DNA of 64,000 bases. Origin: Spizellomyces punctatus DAOM BR117. Its lineage: Eukaryota. The notes under the pieces are model-generated. The model did not search any database and was not told the DNA's origin. It was given only the letters and a program-made list of their open reading frames with translations. The DNA is taken from assembly GCA_000182565.2 (NCBI GenBank), contig KQ257462.1. One strand, given 5' to 3'. Below, one piece after another: positions 21,343 through 33,901 of this stretch; position 1 is the first letter of the stretch, and each line of letters opens with the position of its first letter. The translations under genes and the position numbers were made by a program.

Positions 21343-24300
21343 TTACCATTTCTTTTGCGCCTAATTGATATGTGTGTGTGTGTGAGAGAGGGAGATAAAA
21401 GAGTAAACAAGCTGACGGCGTTCAACATAAACCGACGCTGCTATGGTCCTGCCCGAACTGAGCGTAAATCACCTGTCGTTCGTTGTATTCCTTTATAGTG
21501 TCCAAAAAATTCTTTGATGAATCTGCTAGATCCCCAAACTTGTGTTCAAGCTGTCCCAGTTTTTCCCCTCGCTCATCCAATGCCTATTGACAACCCAGTT
21601 TAAATCAAATGTTCCACAACAGTACATACTCTGCCCACTTACTCGTTTGGCATGACCAAAGGCGGACCCTTCCTCGCCGGATAATGATCCCACAGGTTCA
21701 ATTTTTGGTAAGGGATGAACTAGAAAGTTATAAATCAGAAAACTGAAAGCAATGTTCTTAAGGGTCGTCAGCAGTCTTACATAGAGCATCATGTTCTTTA
21801 TTTGAGCTAGCGGAACTTAGTCTCACACCATGAGCTCGCGCCCATGACGTCGCTCGTGTGAGATCGTATATCCGGGTTTCCACGTCTGGAAGACTACGAT
21901 AAACAATAATTAATGGTTGATATACATGACCGACATTAACACAATTGCTTACTGAGATTTATCGCTCATAAAGCTGAACATACGGAATTCCCGTTCCCAA
22001 GTCCAGCACAGCGTTTTACCATCCTTTGCAATGCATGTCTTCCGGAGACGACTGCATAAAACGAAAGGCAACCAGGATGAATAAAATGTAAGCCATGTGC
22101 ACGCAGCCCGCTCTTTACCTTTCGTCCAAATTTGCTATTGGCAAACGATTCTCCCACAGGAGCTTCAATCCAGGCAGCTCAAACGCTTGTATGAGCCCCG
22201 TTCCGGTAACAACGACAAGGACCGGATCTCCTATACCAACAAGAGTTGTAACAATCCCATTCTACCAGAAACAATGGATATTACTTACCATGAAGAAAGC
22301 TCAAGGAGGCTTTGAGGATTGGCCCATTCTCGTCCGATGGATTAACAATAGCTGCCACAGCAGGTTTGGTCCCTGGCTCTACAATGTATACCACGATCGT
22401 TCGGGATAGTGCTGCTATGATGTAATTTTCACCCGGCTGGTTGGAGGCTCCACTGTGATGTGACGTTCGAGCTTGTCGAACGACACGACCATGGTCATCG
22501 AGCACTGTCACAAACACTGGTTGTTGTCTAGTTCGCCGGCGATCAAAGAGAACCCCTGTAAAGCAGAACATTGATGTCGGTGAAAAATAATTTCAGGCTA
22601 ACATTGAGAATCACAAGTCGTGTCGTAGACTTACATTTCTTCAATGTCAGATCCCCCATTACGATGTCAGTGTAAACTCCGTACACGAGCTGAAGACCAG
22701 CTGCGGATAGAGCAAAGATGCAAGTCCGAGGTACAGTTTCTGAGAAATAGTGCGAGGGTTAACCCTATTGCGACCGAGGAATGCAATGATTTTGGGCAAA
22801 CCTTTATCGAAATAGGTATCGGCAACATGGAGTAAGTCATATTCGACCACTTCAGAGTTTTCACGCGATTCACCTAGAGAATGATGCACAAATGAGCATT
22901 TTAACAATTTATGATTCACCGTTCATGACATTCCTTACCGTATAGTGGTTCTACGGTCACCTCTCGTCCAGTACTCAATTGAACAACGTGTAAGCGACCA
23001 CCTTCGGTAGCCGTTACGAGACTACAAAGGGTACGAGGTCAGTGAAATTCAACAGGAGCAAACCCAACCATGACTTACAGATCCGCCCAGCTTGCAAACG
23101 CTTGCAGCCGAACAGGGTCCTTGTGTACAGCTTGCACCATCGGCTGCCAACTGGGTTTTTCGGGTGGCTCTTCTGGAAGAATTGTCTCGAGTGTGACATA
23201 GTCGTTACTTGTCAAGGAGTCCCGGAGCTCCGTTTCCTGGGCTTCAAAGGGAAAACTGTCTTTTACCAGAACGGAATCTCGAAAGTCGACATGCTGTGAG
23301 TTTCCAACCAGGCTCGCCCTTTCGTTCGCCAGGGGATCATGAGAACTCAATCGTTGCGGTAGAGCCGGTGGTTGCTCCGGCGCTGGTAATTTAGCCTCAG
23401 ATTCTTTCTTTGGGGAAGTATTACCGGAGACCGGACGTTCCCCTTCAGGTTGTTGGTCATCAGACCCTGTTGGGGACCGCTCTGCGCTTTGACCGTCGCC
23501 CGACGTCTCCAATGATACTGTCGGGGCTGATGTCTGATCGGGCGGGGTTGCATCAACAGCTGGCGCAGGGTCCACCCCATTGTCCGTACCGGTCTTGCTA
23601 TCAGCTTCCCCAACGCCTTGGGAATCTCCCGCCGAAGAGTGCTTACGCAATGGCCGTGCCACTCCCTCCTCCTCTTCCGATGTCTTGCCACCGTGCTCCG
23701 GTTCTTGACCCTGTGGCACTTCTGGCTCATCTGCAACAGCTTGCAAGCTATCACTAGCACGGGAGAGTCTCTGAATGTCCTCCGATTGCTTTAAAACTTG
23801 GTCAACTGTCTCGTCTAAACGTTGCATGAGTGCATCCATGTCCTCCAGTGGGCCGTTGGCGGCCTTTGCCGCCCTGATTTCACTCGCACTAAACCAGCGA
23901 TACATGGTGACCGTGCACCCTGCAGTCAGCAGAAGAGCACGTTGGTCGAGATCCATCGTAACCTGATTGAGATCGCCGCTAACTTTGTCTGGCGATAAGG
24001 TGAAGAGTAGTCGTGGCGAAGGGATGCCGACTTGCCAAAATCGAATCACTTTGTCGGCATGCAATGTGCAAAATACGTCCCACACGTACTTTGCGTTCTT
24101 GTTGATCAGTGTTCCGCCGTGCATTGGCAGCGTTCGAGGGTCTTCTGGAGGCGTGGCGCCTCCCCGCATCTCCCATCCTAGAGCTTCAGGACAATCTGAA
24201 TATGTGAAGTCGGTAATACGTTCGGCTGACGATATTATCACAGACCCGGACAAGCTTAATCGATCTTCTTGTCCCAAATAGAAGGCTTCAACTGTCCTTG

Positions 24301-25399
24301 AAGAGGTAACCACGACAACCGCCAAACGATGCTTGCCCTTGTCATCACCCACTAGAGCAAAGTCTACCGCATCCATGCCAATGGCGTGCATTACATCGCT
24401 CTTCATGTTTGCCATGTTTGTACATCGAGAAAGTCGACGGACAGCCAAACTCTCACCCTCCTCCTTCACACCCGTCATAATGAGTAAACTCTCGTCTGTT
24501 GTTGTTCCTCGCATCCATATTATTTTACGACTGAAGGGTTTGCTAGGATCTTGTGCCGGGGTTACCGATACGGGCGTAGTCTCAATAACTCGTACAGGTT
24601 TATGAATTGTATTCTTTTTCAGCCCATCTAACCATCCTTCCTTCAATTCCCATATTGCTGATCGCCGCCCAAAATTGGCCATGAAATAGAGTCCATCGGG
24701 ATGCCAACACACTGCTTGCAATGGTCCATCGCCGTCTGCCAGCTGCATGCGAAATTTTCGTCGCAGCAACTGCTCCTTCAGATCCCACAAAGCAACGAAC
24801 CCCGATGCATACCCGATAAGCAGTAGGTTCAAATCTGTTGGACTTGTTTCAAGGCCAGTTACTTGTATTTGACGTTGATCATCTTCTCCGGGTGCTTCCT
24901 CGTCACCGTAAAAAGGGTAGGTGATGGTGTACGGGGATTGCTTGCCCGTCGTACAGTCATAAACAATAACAGTTCCATTACAGCAGCCCAGATATATCCA
25001 CTTTGATTGTGATGGCACATTCAAGCTGGAAACACTGCCATATACAGGGACCGGTGGGAACTTCAACTTGATCGCCTGCAGGTCCCATACCAAGAGGTCG
25101 CTCTTTGCAGTGACTCCAATTACGTACTTGTCTCCAACTTTGAAAGCCAGAAAACGAATGGCAGAGGAGTAGCCTTCCGGTGCGAATAACGCATACTCCC
25201 ATCCCTTCCCGACTATTACCACGGATCCCACAGACGTTCCTATCGCCAATAGCGACTGGGCAGGATCATGCGCGATTGCTGTTGGATATCCGGGTATACC
25301 AAGGCGCGAAATCTCTGTAAGAGCAAATGCATCGTGGGGGCGCTCTTTCCGCCGTGCAGGTGCAGTATTGCTTCGAACGATCTTTCGGAGAAGATCCAT
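21343..25399 (-). CDS. Tomosyn/Lgl/Sro7-family WD40 protein with a C-terminal R-SNARE-like motif (multi-exon)
   Basis: N-terminal GIPGYPTAIAHDPAQSLLAIGT, LLLIGYASG, VCWHPDG. The last exons splice to ALDERGEKLGQLEHKFGDLADSSKNFLDTIKEYNERQ-AQKKW*. Confidence 0.85.
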
Positions 25400-26273
25400 G
25401 CTTTTAGTCACTCGAGTCTCAAGACTATGGGCACTATTTCTCGTTGGGACAAGGGATGAGCAACAGATGTCTTGGAGTGGCTCGAGTTCGGGAACTTGCA
25501 GTTTGAGGGTATCCGAGAGAGTTGGGGGCCACTCCTTCCGCGACGTCGTTAACTGCTAAAGGTACTCCTCAACCTCACTTGACACTTGGTGGCGTTTGGC
25601 CAAAAGGTCCGCCTGGGGGTTTAGTCGCGCGATGTGGGTTGATTTGGCTGCGCGACTCACTCTCTTCCTACCACTTTCCAAAGGAGCTTTGTCAACCGAC
25701 GACTTGCGACATGCAAGGAAGGCTCTCAACTAGTCCAAGTGGTAGATATCTGGTATGCAAGGAAATAGGGACGACGGACCATAGCCCGCCAGAGCTATGC
25801 TCAGGGAATCAGTGGATTTGGGCGTGTGTATAAGCAGTAAATCTCTTGATGTCCTGAAGAACTGTAGTGCAATGCACAGTATCAAACTTGGTGGTCAAAG
25901 AGGGCAGGTCCTCTACAATACTCTATAAGTTAGTTCTGCCGTTTGGGCGTGCCATCGGGACTATCATGACCTACTGCTTGTCTATCAACGATACATTCAT
26001 TAACAATGCATCCCAAAGCGTAATAGGCGTGTTAATATCGGGCCTTGAGATAGCCATATTTCATCTGAGATCCTTTGCTGCAGGCTTTTGAGCTGGCTTT
26101 CTGGCCAAAAGTCGACGGTTGTGTCGCACTTTGAACCTTCATGTGGCTGGCATGTTGATATATACGAGTTTAGGCACATTAATTTACGTGTTAAGTGACA
26201 TGAATCTGGGTATTACCCAATCCGATTCCCACGTCTCAGATGAACTATCGCCGTACTTTGCCGATGATAAGGA

Positions 26274-29200
26274 ATGCAGTTGCTAACGTCCAACTATGAT
26301 GATTTACTTCTTGGATATCAAGTTGAAGAGAGAGGAAAGGACGAAGGTGTTGGAGGATATTCCCCCGCTCACGAAGGGGAATGGGCGCCGGGTTGCTGGG
26401 AACTGTTTATCAAGGATGGGGAGAGCACGGAATGGGTTGACCATGCCAATCAGGATTTTGCCTTTCGACATGACGATGATGTGCTGTGGGACCTGACAGA
26501 AGACGAAGCGATATGCTTCCGGGATCGCGGAGCGGAAGGCGAGTTATCTTCAGTTGATGGGCACTTAAGTGAGCTTTGGGATGACGACTTTGCTGAAGTA
26601 ACACACGAGAGCTGTGTTGAAATGGATATAATTTGGGAAGGGAACGAGTTTTTGGATCATGAGAGCGAAGCGGAGAGTTCTCACCAGAATCAGGCGGTTT
26701 CATGTGATGAAGATGTGCTGGATACTACAGAACAAAAACATGACCATGGCGGTTCTACAATCCGTGCTAATACACTCTCCAGCAATATGGTACATTACAG
26801 TCCAGACGCACATGCCGAATGGTTCAGCGAAGATGGCTTGGAAGACACCGCAGAAAATGATAGCTGGGCGCCGCCCTCATTGAGTCGAGAGCATGATCAA
26901 ATCCAGTTCCGCTCTGAAGATGATGATATGCTGTTTACATACGAAGCGGACAGCAACAGCAGTTCTTTGAAATTCGAGCTATCGGTGGACAGCGATGTTT
27001 GGGCAGATGATCGATTATCGTACAAGGACGAGACGCTTGTACCGGATATATTAGGACTCACGGCAGGAAAGGAAATGGAAATGGATATAGATCCTCTGAT
27101 TTCCAGCCAATTGGAGAAGGACAAAAAGTTATCAAAGATCCCATTCGAAATCGTTCTAGTTGGAGATCCATGTATGGACCAGTTAGAGGTTGGGTCGCTC
27201 TGGAAAGCAACGGCACGTAGCCGGTGAGAATCAACCGATGAAGTGGTCTGCCCGTTCTGGTGCTGTAATAGTGCTAATTGCTTGATAGAGAGTGGATGCT
27301 GGAGCAAGTAGATGCCGTACTCAGTCGCATCCGACAAGCGCCCGAAACTGGAAAACAACATGTTCTCAAGATGATCTCTCGTAGTCAAAAAGTTTGGAAG
27401 TACGAGTCGACATTTTGTGAGGAAACAAGGAGTTCTGGAAATGGTCCTAAAGTCTGGAATGCAGGTATGACGATCAGATCCCAGTCATGAGACTGCAAAC
27501 AAAAAGGCACGTCTACAAAATGATTCCAGATGGGAATGGGCGCTTCGGTAAGTTCGACACTCTGAATGCTCTCAAATTTGAGAAGTAAAGGTTGAGGACT
27601 ATCATCGTATAAGACATATATGTGCGCATTCTGGAGTACTGTAAAGATCTCTTGCAAAAGAATGTAACTGCGACAAAAAGAGAGATATACTATCGTGATG
27701 TCGCTTTGTTCAAGAGTCAACGGGTTGTAGATCAGGTAATGGGATTGTGATGCATGTGATTATGCGAAGACGTGTGACAAACCTCTCAGATTGGTAGGCA
27801 ATCGAAGATCTTGCATGTACCTTCGCAGTTCAAAGGCATTGCCTCAATATGGTAAGGTTAAACTGTGGTCATCGTTGTACACTGACTCGCACGCAAGCAT
27901 CAACTTGAAATTTTTCAGGTTGCCTCGTCCAAAGGTCTGGTGCATGGGGACTTGCGCTTACATATGGTAGACAGAACTATAGTAGATTGTCTTCAAGGGG
28001 GCCATCAGGTAGGGTGATATTCTGATTAGTTCTGACCTTCAACTTTGACGACCATTGTCCCTTTGATAGGGAATTCTTATTCCTACGTCTGAACAAATAT
28101 CTCATATCCTTACAAACAAGGCTCTTTTTTTGTTCTTGATTATTTGTCCACTACTTGTTAAGTCCTTAACTAGTTGATCCATGGCTCTACATTTGGAAAC
28201 AGCAGCCAAGTTTGTGCTGGTGATCGAAAAGGAGGCAACATTCCGCACAGTCGTTGCTGACCGATTTGCTGCCATACATGGTCCATGTATCTTGATAACG
28301 GTATGAGCCACGGACGCACCGTGCACTGTGTCAACCACGATGTTACTTAGGATCGTTGTGAATAGGGGAAAGGATATCCTGACGTATCAACACGAAGACT
28401 TGTCAAAAGATTATCTGAAATTGAACGTACACATATCAAGACGCCGAATCTCGATGATGGCAATTTACCGAAGCCATGGGAACGGGACACGATCATGGAC
28501 GCACACCAGTTCGATCATTCTCGTCCGAATAGGCCGGATCTTGTTGACTTTCATGACCCTGATTCTCTGAACATCGAATTTCGAGTCGAACAGGGTGCAA
28601 CGGACCTGTTAGAAATGGAGGGCGAGAGGCCGGCGGTTATCAATGATCCATTGGAGGAGCCATATATAATTGGTGCATCTGCGGATTCGATCGTCAACAA
28701 TGATGTCGACTTGGAGACTGAAACTGAATTGGTAGAGCTGGCCGCTGCAGAACAACCTGGAGATTCAGTGAAAATCGAGACGTTTGATGTTTCTGACAGT
28801 CCAGAACGTGCACAGGTGGAGGATGGACCGGTCGAACGCCTTCCGGTTTTGGCACTTGTAGATTGCGATCCCCATGGAATTGAAATTTACTTGTGCTATA
28901 AGTTCGGCTCTAAGGTATGGAATTGGTGACAGGGGTTTTCAAAGAAATCATACACTATTGGTAGTTTGAAATCATACCAAATCGCGCAGGCAATGGCATT
29001 CGACTCTCATAATCTCGCCTGCCCTACCATCCGCTGGATCGGTCTCCGCCCAAGAGACTGGATCAACACCGACTACCAGATCGATTTTAACAAACTGCTC
29101 GTTTTGACGGAACGGGATCGGCGTCGAGCTTTGGGAATGCTAAGAAGAGGTTACATCAAACAATTTTCAGATATACGGTATAGTGCATCGCTGCTTAGAT

Positions 29201-29358
29201 GCCGTCAAAATGAGTTTGCTTTGATTTTTTTTGGACATTTTAGTACTGCCTTATCTCGCATACTATTTTATGGCCGCAAAGCCGAGATACAGGCGGTACC
29301 CCCGGATATACTCACAGGAACCTATTTGCCGAGAATTGTGGCAGAACAAATTAATTGA
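26274..29358 (+). CDS. SPO11: Meiotic recombination protein Spo11 (topoisomerase VI A subunit homolog; multi-exon; start uncertain)
   Basis: Motifs KRDIYYRDVALFKSQRVVDQ (catalytic Tyr motif), VASSKGLV, VLVIEKEATF, ITGKGYPDVSTR, LVDCDPHGIEI, IRWIGL, KAEIQA. Confidence 0.92.
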
Positions 29359-32300
29359 AGCATGGACCTAATATCTAGTTACTTTTTGTTAACTAAGGAA
29401 GATCACTATGACAATACGTAATTAGAATAATAAATGGTGTAGGATATTTAATTAGATGTCACCAATAATCCTAGGATTTTTTCCCGGGCGGATTTCCTTC
29501 TGATACTTTGGCCAAACTACTGATGGACAAGTTGGCCAAACAGGACCCAGACATTTACAGCATCGGCACGACGCAGGGTAGGTCACCAAGGACTAGATTT
29601 GCTTCGATGAGAATTGCGCATATGGCCCCAAGAATCAAAGTTTGACCGCCTCAGACTTGGAACTAGCAGTATGCTGTTGGCCACAAGTCGAAAGCTTGCA
29701 TTTTGCGCGCATTATGCACGATAATCACATCATCCAAGTCCTTGTGCTACCTACACGAACTCTTGATTCGCTGTCCAAGGGAGGATGTTTGCAGCCTGTT
29801 GGCTGCTGACAGATCATGATCTTTTAGAGGCGTCGGTTATCTACGCATCTTGGCTTATAAGCCGTGTCAACGTAGTTGATGCGCCCGAAGAGGATGAAAT
29901 CGGTAGCATTGTATGAAATTTCGGATCCTTGGACTTTTCACCTAACCCCGAATGGATGCTTACAATATAAATCATGGCTCTTCTGTCATTGTTCCACAAA
30001 GTGAGCGTTGCCTTGTAGGCGATATCGCGTAAGCTGCTGACTGGAAGAACCACTGAGAATACAGTGTCTGAATAGGATTTCAAAGGGAGTTTGGTTTGCT
30101 ATCATTTTCTCATTTTCATCCTTTTCATCCTTTATCACAGGCCCTTCCCCCGAAGAGGATGCCATCATCACCCGAAGGCTCCGGCGAGTCGTTGCTCCTT
30201 CCATTTCTGGCGCGCGCAAACGATCAGTCCCAGGCGCCCACCTCAAAGAGGTTATCACGTTGCATTACTACAACGGCCTTTAAAGTTATCCGGTATACTT
30301 TTGGACCGAGTACCCATGGCTGGAGCGAGTTTTATGCCATCCCGAGGCGGAAGGAAAGATGAAGAGAGAGTGGGGGGATGTGGGAGAGGGTGCCTTTTTA
30401 TAACCCTGGGGGACTGCGCTTTTTTTTTGCATTCGGAATTCTCGGCGGAAGATAACGTTATCCTGCGTACGTCATTCTTCTGAGCACGCCATGAAGGCCC
30501 AATCATCGTCGTCGTTTCCACCTCCTGGCAGACCTCCTGGCGTGCGTTCATTCCCCTTGCACACGGCGCGCGAGTCAAGATTATGTAAACGCGTGAAGCG
30601 AGTCATTTGTTTATCTTGATTTTCCCACGGTCCTTGCCAAACGAGATGAAGACGAATATCGTATGCACAGACAGCACAAGATGTCAAGTACTTGTTCTGC
30701 CCAAGGATAGGATAGTCTACTGCAAGGTCGGGTGTGCAAGTCACTCATAGACAAAGACTCCTATGCGTTTCATCGGCGTCTTCAGGTGGGATCTGAGGGG
30801 AACTCCAACTTGTACGTAACTGTGAGTACATACATCTCTACATGATATGCACTGACGAATTGATGTCGCATTGTATTTGGTTATGTATATCGACCATCCA
30901 GTCGACATCCTTTCAGGTTAGATATGGAATATCTAGATACGACGGTTGTCATATATCGTCACTGTCCATTGTCCCACCCAAAAACAACCCGACATCTCTG
31001 CAATTCAAAGAAGGTCAAATGATACCAGCGCAGTCCGTCTTCATCACTGACATATAATAATCCGATGAAAGGTCGACACGAATCATCCTGTAAATTCACT
31101 CCCTCCATCCGTTTCGGACAATTCCCTGACTGGGGCGCAAGTGATTCATATTCCAGAAATATTTGCATTAACTCTTCAGTCGGGACCTCCATTATCGTCA
31201 GGACGATTCCAGGGAAGTTCTCGGTGTTGCACAGTGTTGACACACAGTATGTCGTCGAGACGGATCTGGGAGACTGATTCGACGAATCTGTCATTGTCCG
31301 GGCAGTGACTGGTGTGACTGGTGGGGTTTCCAGATCGACGTAACCGAGTCAGCTCGAAGAGCATTGAGACTGTTGCCTGCAATAATGACGGCGGGTGACG
31401 TTCGCAAGTTGCTCAAAAGCTCAATAGGGGGGCAGGCTCCTTCTGCTTCGTTATAGGCGTATGGTGGCTCGCATTTCGAGCGAGGAGGGATGGAATCATC
31501 TTCAATGACGTTCTATTGCGCGGCTCTTTCCGGTGACGGATGTAGACCAGTGGCACAACTCTATGAGCACCATTTACAAGATGATGATAGCTGCACCCAA
31601 GTAGATTCCTCCAGCTCCTTCTTGAGAAATTGTAGTCCTGCGACCTTGAGACTTCCCAAAATCTTTGGAATCTTCCGGAGCTGCTATTCCGCCAGAGCTA
31701 AAGTGTCGGATGTAAACATTTTCTGATTATGGGAGCTTGGGAGCCAGAGATATCCGCTATCAAGGAAGTTTGGAGCTTGCCCTTCCACAACAATAAAAAA
31801 GTGTCGTCGTCACGTTATTCAGATGCGGAACAAAGTTGGCGAGCATGGAGAAGGATCGTTTCTCCTAGTAAGCGATCTTTGGGAGAAAGCGAACAAAGCA
31901 AGCACAATTGAGGATGTTCTTTGGGAATGGGTCAAAGTGCCCTAGATGAGCCAGCCTGTAGTGGAAGATTAACAACACGCAGATACGGTTAGCATACGCC
32001 TGGTGTAGTAGGAGCATCTAAGAAAAAGGTCGTGGAGCGAGTCAGCATTCTTTGTCAGATGCTTATGATAAGCCATATCACAGACCAGATATGTAACTCT
32101 ATGTGCCCGCACTCTTTTGGTGTTGAGCACCGGTTTCGCCTCAACCGTCAACCTACCCATCAATATGCCTTCGCAAAGTTCGATGGCCATGTATGTTTCC
32201 GAACAACGTACGCGAACGTAAGAAACATCGCTGCTGTGTACTTTGACATGATTGGATAACTTCGCTCCCGTCGAGCCTCATCAGTGACGGTTTGGCATTC

Positions 32301-33798
32301 GAGAAGCATTTTTGAGACGACTGCGTCGTAGCCAAATTTGGGCTCAACTTGGGATAGTCCGGCCTGCATTTTTTGGTAGTTGGTACATCAGGTCGGTAAG
32401 CAAACCTGACCATTCCCAGGACTGGTGAGGAGACTTTTGCTGAGCAGTTTAATTTCTGCCTTGGATTCACTAAACTTTATATCATTTTGTGGTGTCTCTA
32501 ATGTCCAACAAGTCTGCGAGGGCTGGTCGATCCCTGGAACTGACCTCGCCATCTGAACAGAATTTCTATACGAGTGCGAAAATAATCTGCCAGCAAAGCT
32601 GGCGTTCCGCACTCCGTGACATGAGCATCAAAACCCGAAGGTTTCTCATTGCTCAGCGGCTCCGTATCAAAGACCAGCTGGTCGACGTTTCTGTCCGTGA
32701 CGGGAACATTCCGCCCTGCCTACAGTACTAGCTACTAGTACTACCCCTATTAGTACGAAGATCAGTCGTTTATAACGCATACGGCGACGGTTTACCACTG
32801 TCGGAACGCGCATTGGACTTCCCGTACCTTTTCTGCTCCTGATCGGAAGTAAACCCAATATGACGTTTTCTTCTGGATATTAATTGTTTATGAAGGAACA
32901 GACATGTATCTCATGCTGAATGTAGTGTCCTCGATGTTGACATGTCTATCTGCCTGACAGGGACCTCCACATTCATTCACCATAGCTGAGAGCAATGTGA
33001 AAGCGAAGATACGTCGTTGGCAGGTCTATTTGGTATTGTGGCGGTTCACAGTATTGCAATTGCAGCAAATCCGGTCTTCTTCATTTTGCCTTTTTCTCCT
33101 TTCGCATATGGCTGCAAGCATGCTACACAGAGAGGTGATGCTTTGTTATATAATGGATATAATGGAAGATTTCACTTGACGAGGACGAGTGGATGGAACA
33201 ACTTGGCGGTGTGCCACGGCACTCCTACTGATACCGCAAATTCGGGTTCCTTCCACATACTTGGATTTGGTCTACTTTCTAATAATGTCTGATTCATTAG
33301 ATAATTAAAGCTGTTATGGGAGACAGAATTACATACAGTATCAAACCACTTTTTACCACTGGGGCAGATTTAACGGACGACATCTACGCCAAAAAAAAAA
33401 AGCATGCGCAGATGCATTACCTCTTGGCGCAACAAGCCCACCAGAACAAGACTTGATTGTTCTCCAAACATGCTCGCTCCTGACTAAAGTCACAAGTTAG
33501 CAGATTCGCTACCCTACTTCTCCGGTAAACTCCCTTCATCTTTTTTTAAAAGCAAAAATTCATTTGTTGGTATTCTTCTTCTAGGAGCGTGGAAATGCTT
33601 AGGCTTTCCGTAGCATTTTCTACATCATTGCCGCCATTACCTGTGCCGGTCTATTGGCATCCCTATTCTTCAAGCACATTCCTTTAAAGTAGAAATACAT
33701 GGGCTGATGACGAAGGTTAAATGCAGAATACAATAATAGGGTAGTGCTGCAACTAAGAGTCCATGTGATATTCAAACATGAACTATGGTGGTCTTCTG

Positions 33799-33888
33799 TT
33801 AAACGTTTATATCTAGTGCGGAGCCGATGGGTATTGGCACTAGCACCCGCACCAGGAATTGAACCGGCGACAACCAGCTCGGATAAGC
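33799..33888 (-). ncRNA. Predicted Fanzor omegaRNA, copy 2 (scaffold ~33888-33814, guide ~33813-33799 GATATAAACGTTTAA)
   Basis: Minus strand reads GCTTATCCGAGCTGGTTGTCGCCGGTTCAATTCCTGGTGCGGGTGCTAGTGCCAATACCCATCGGCTCCGCACTA, colinear with the copy 1 scaffold. Ends are inferred. Confidence 0.85.
33816..33843 (+). repeat. Right TIR of Fanzor copy 2
   Basis: 28-bp perfect inverted match to 35925-35952. Confidence 0.95.
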
Positions 33889-33901
33889 TAATCTAACCAA
33901 T

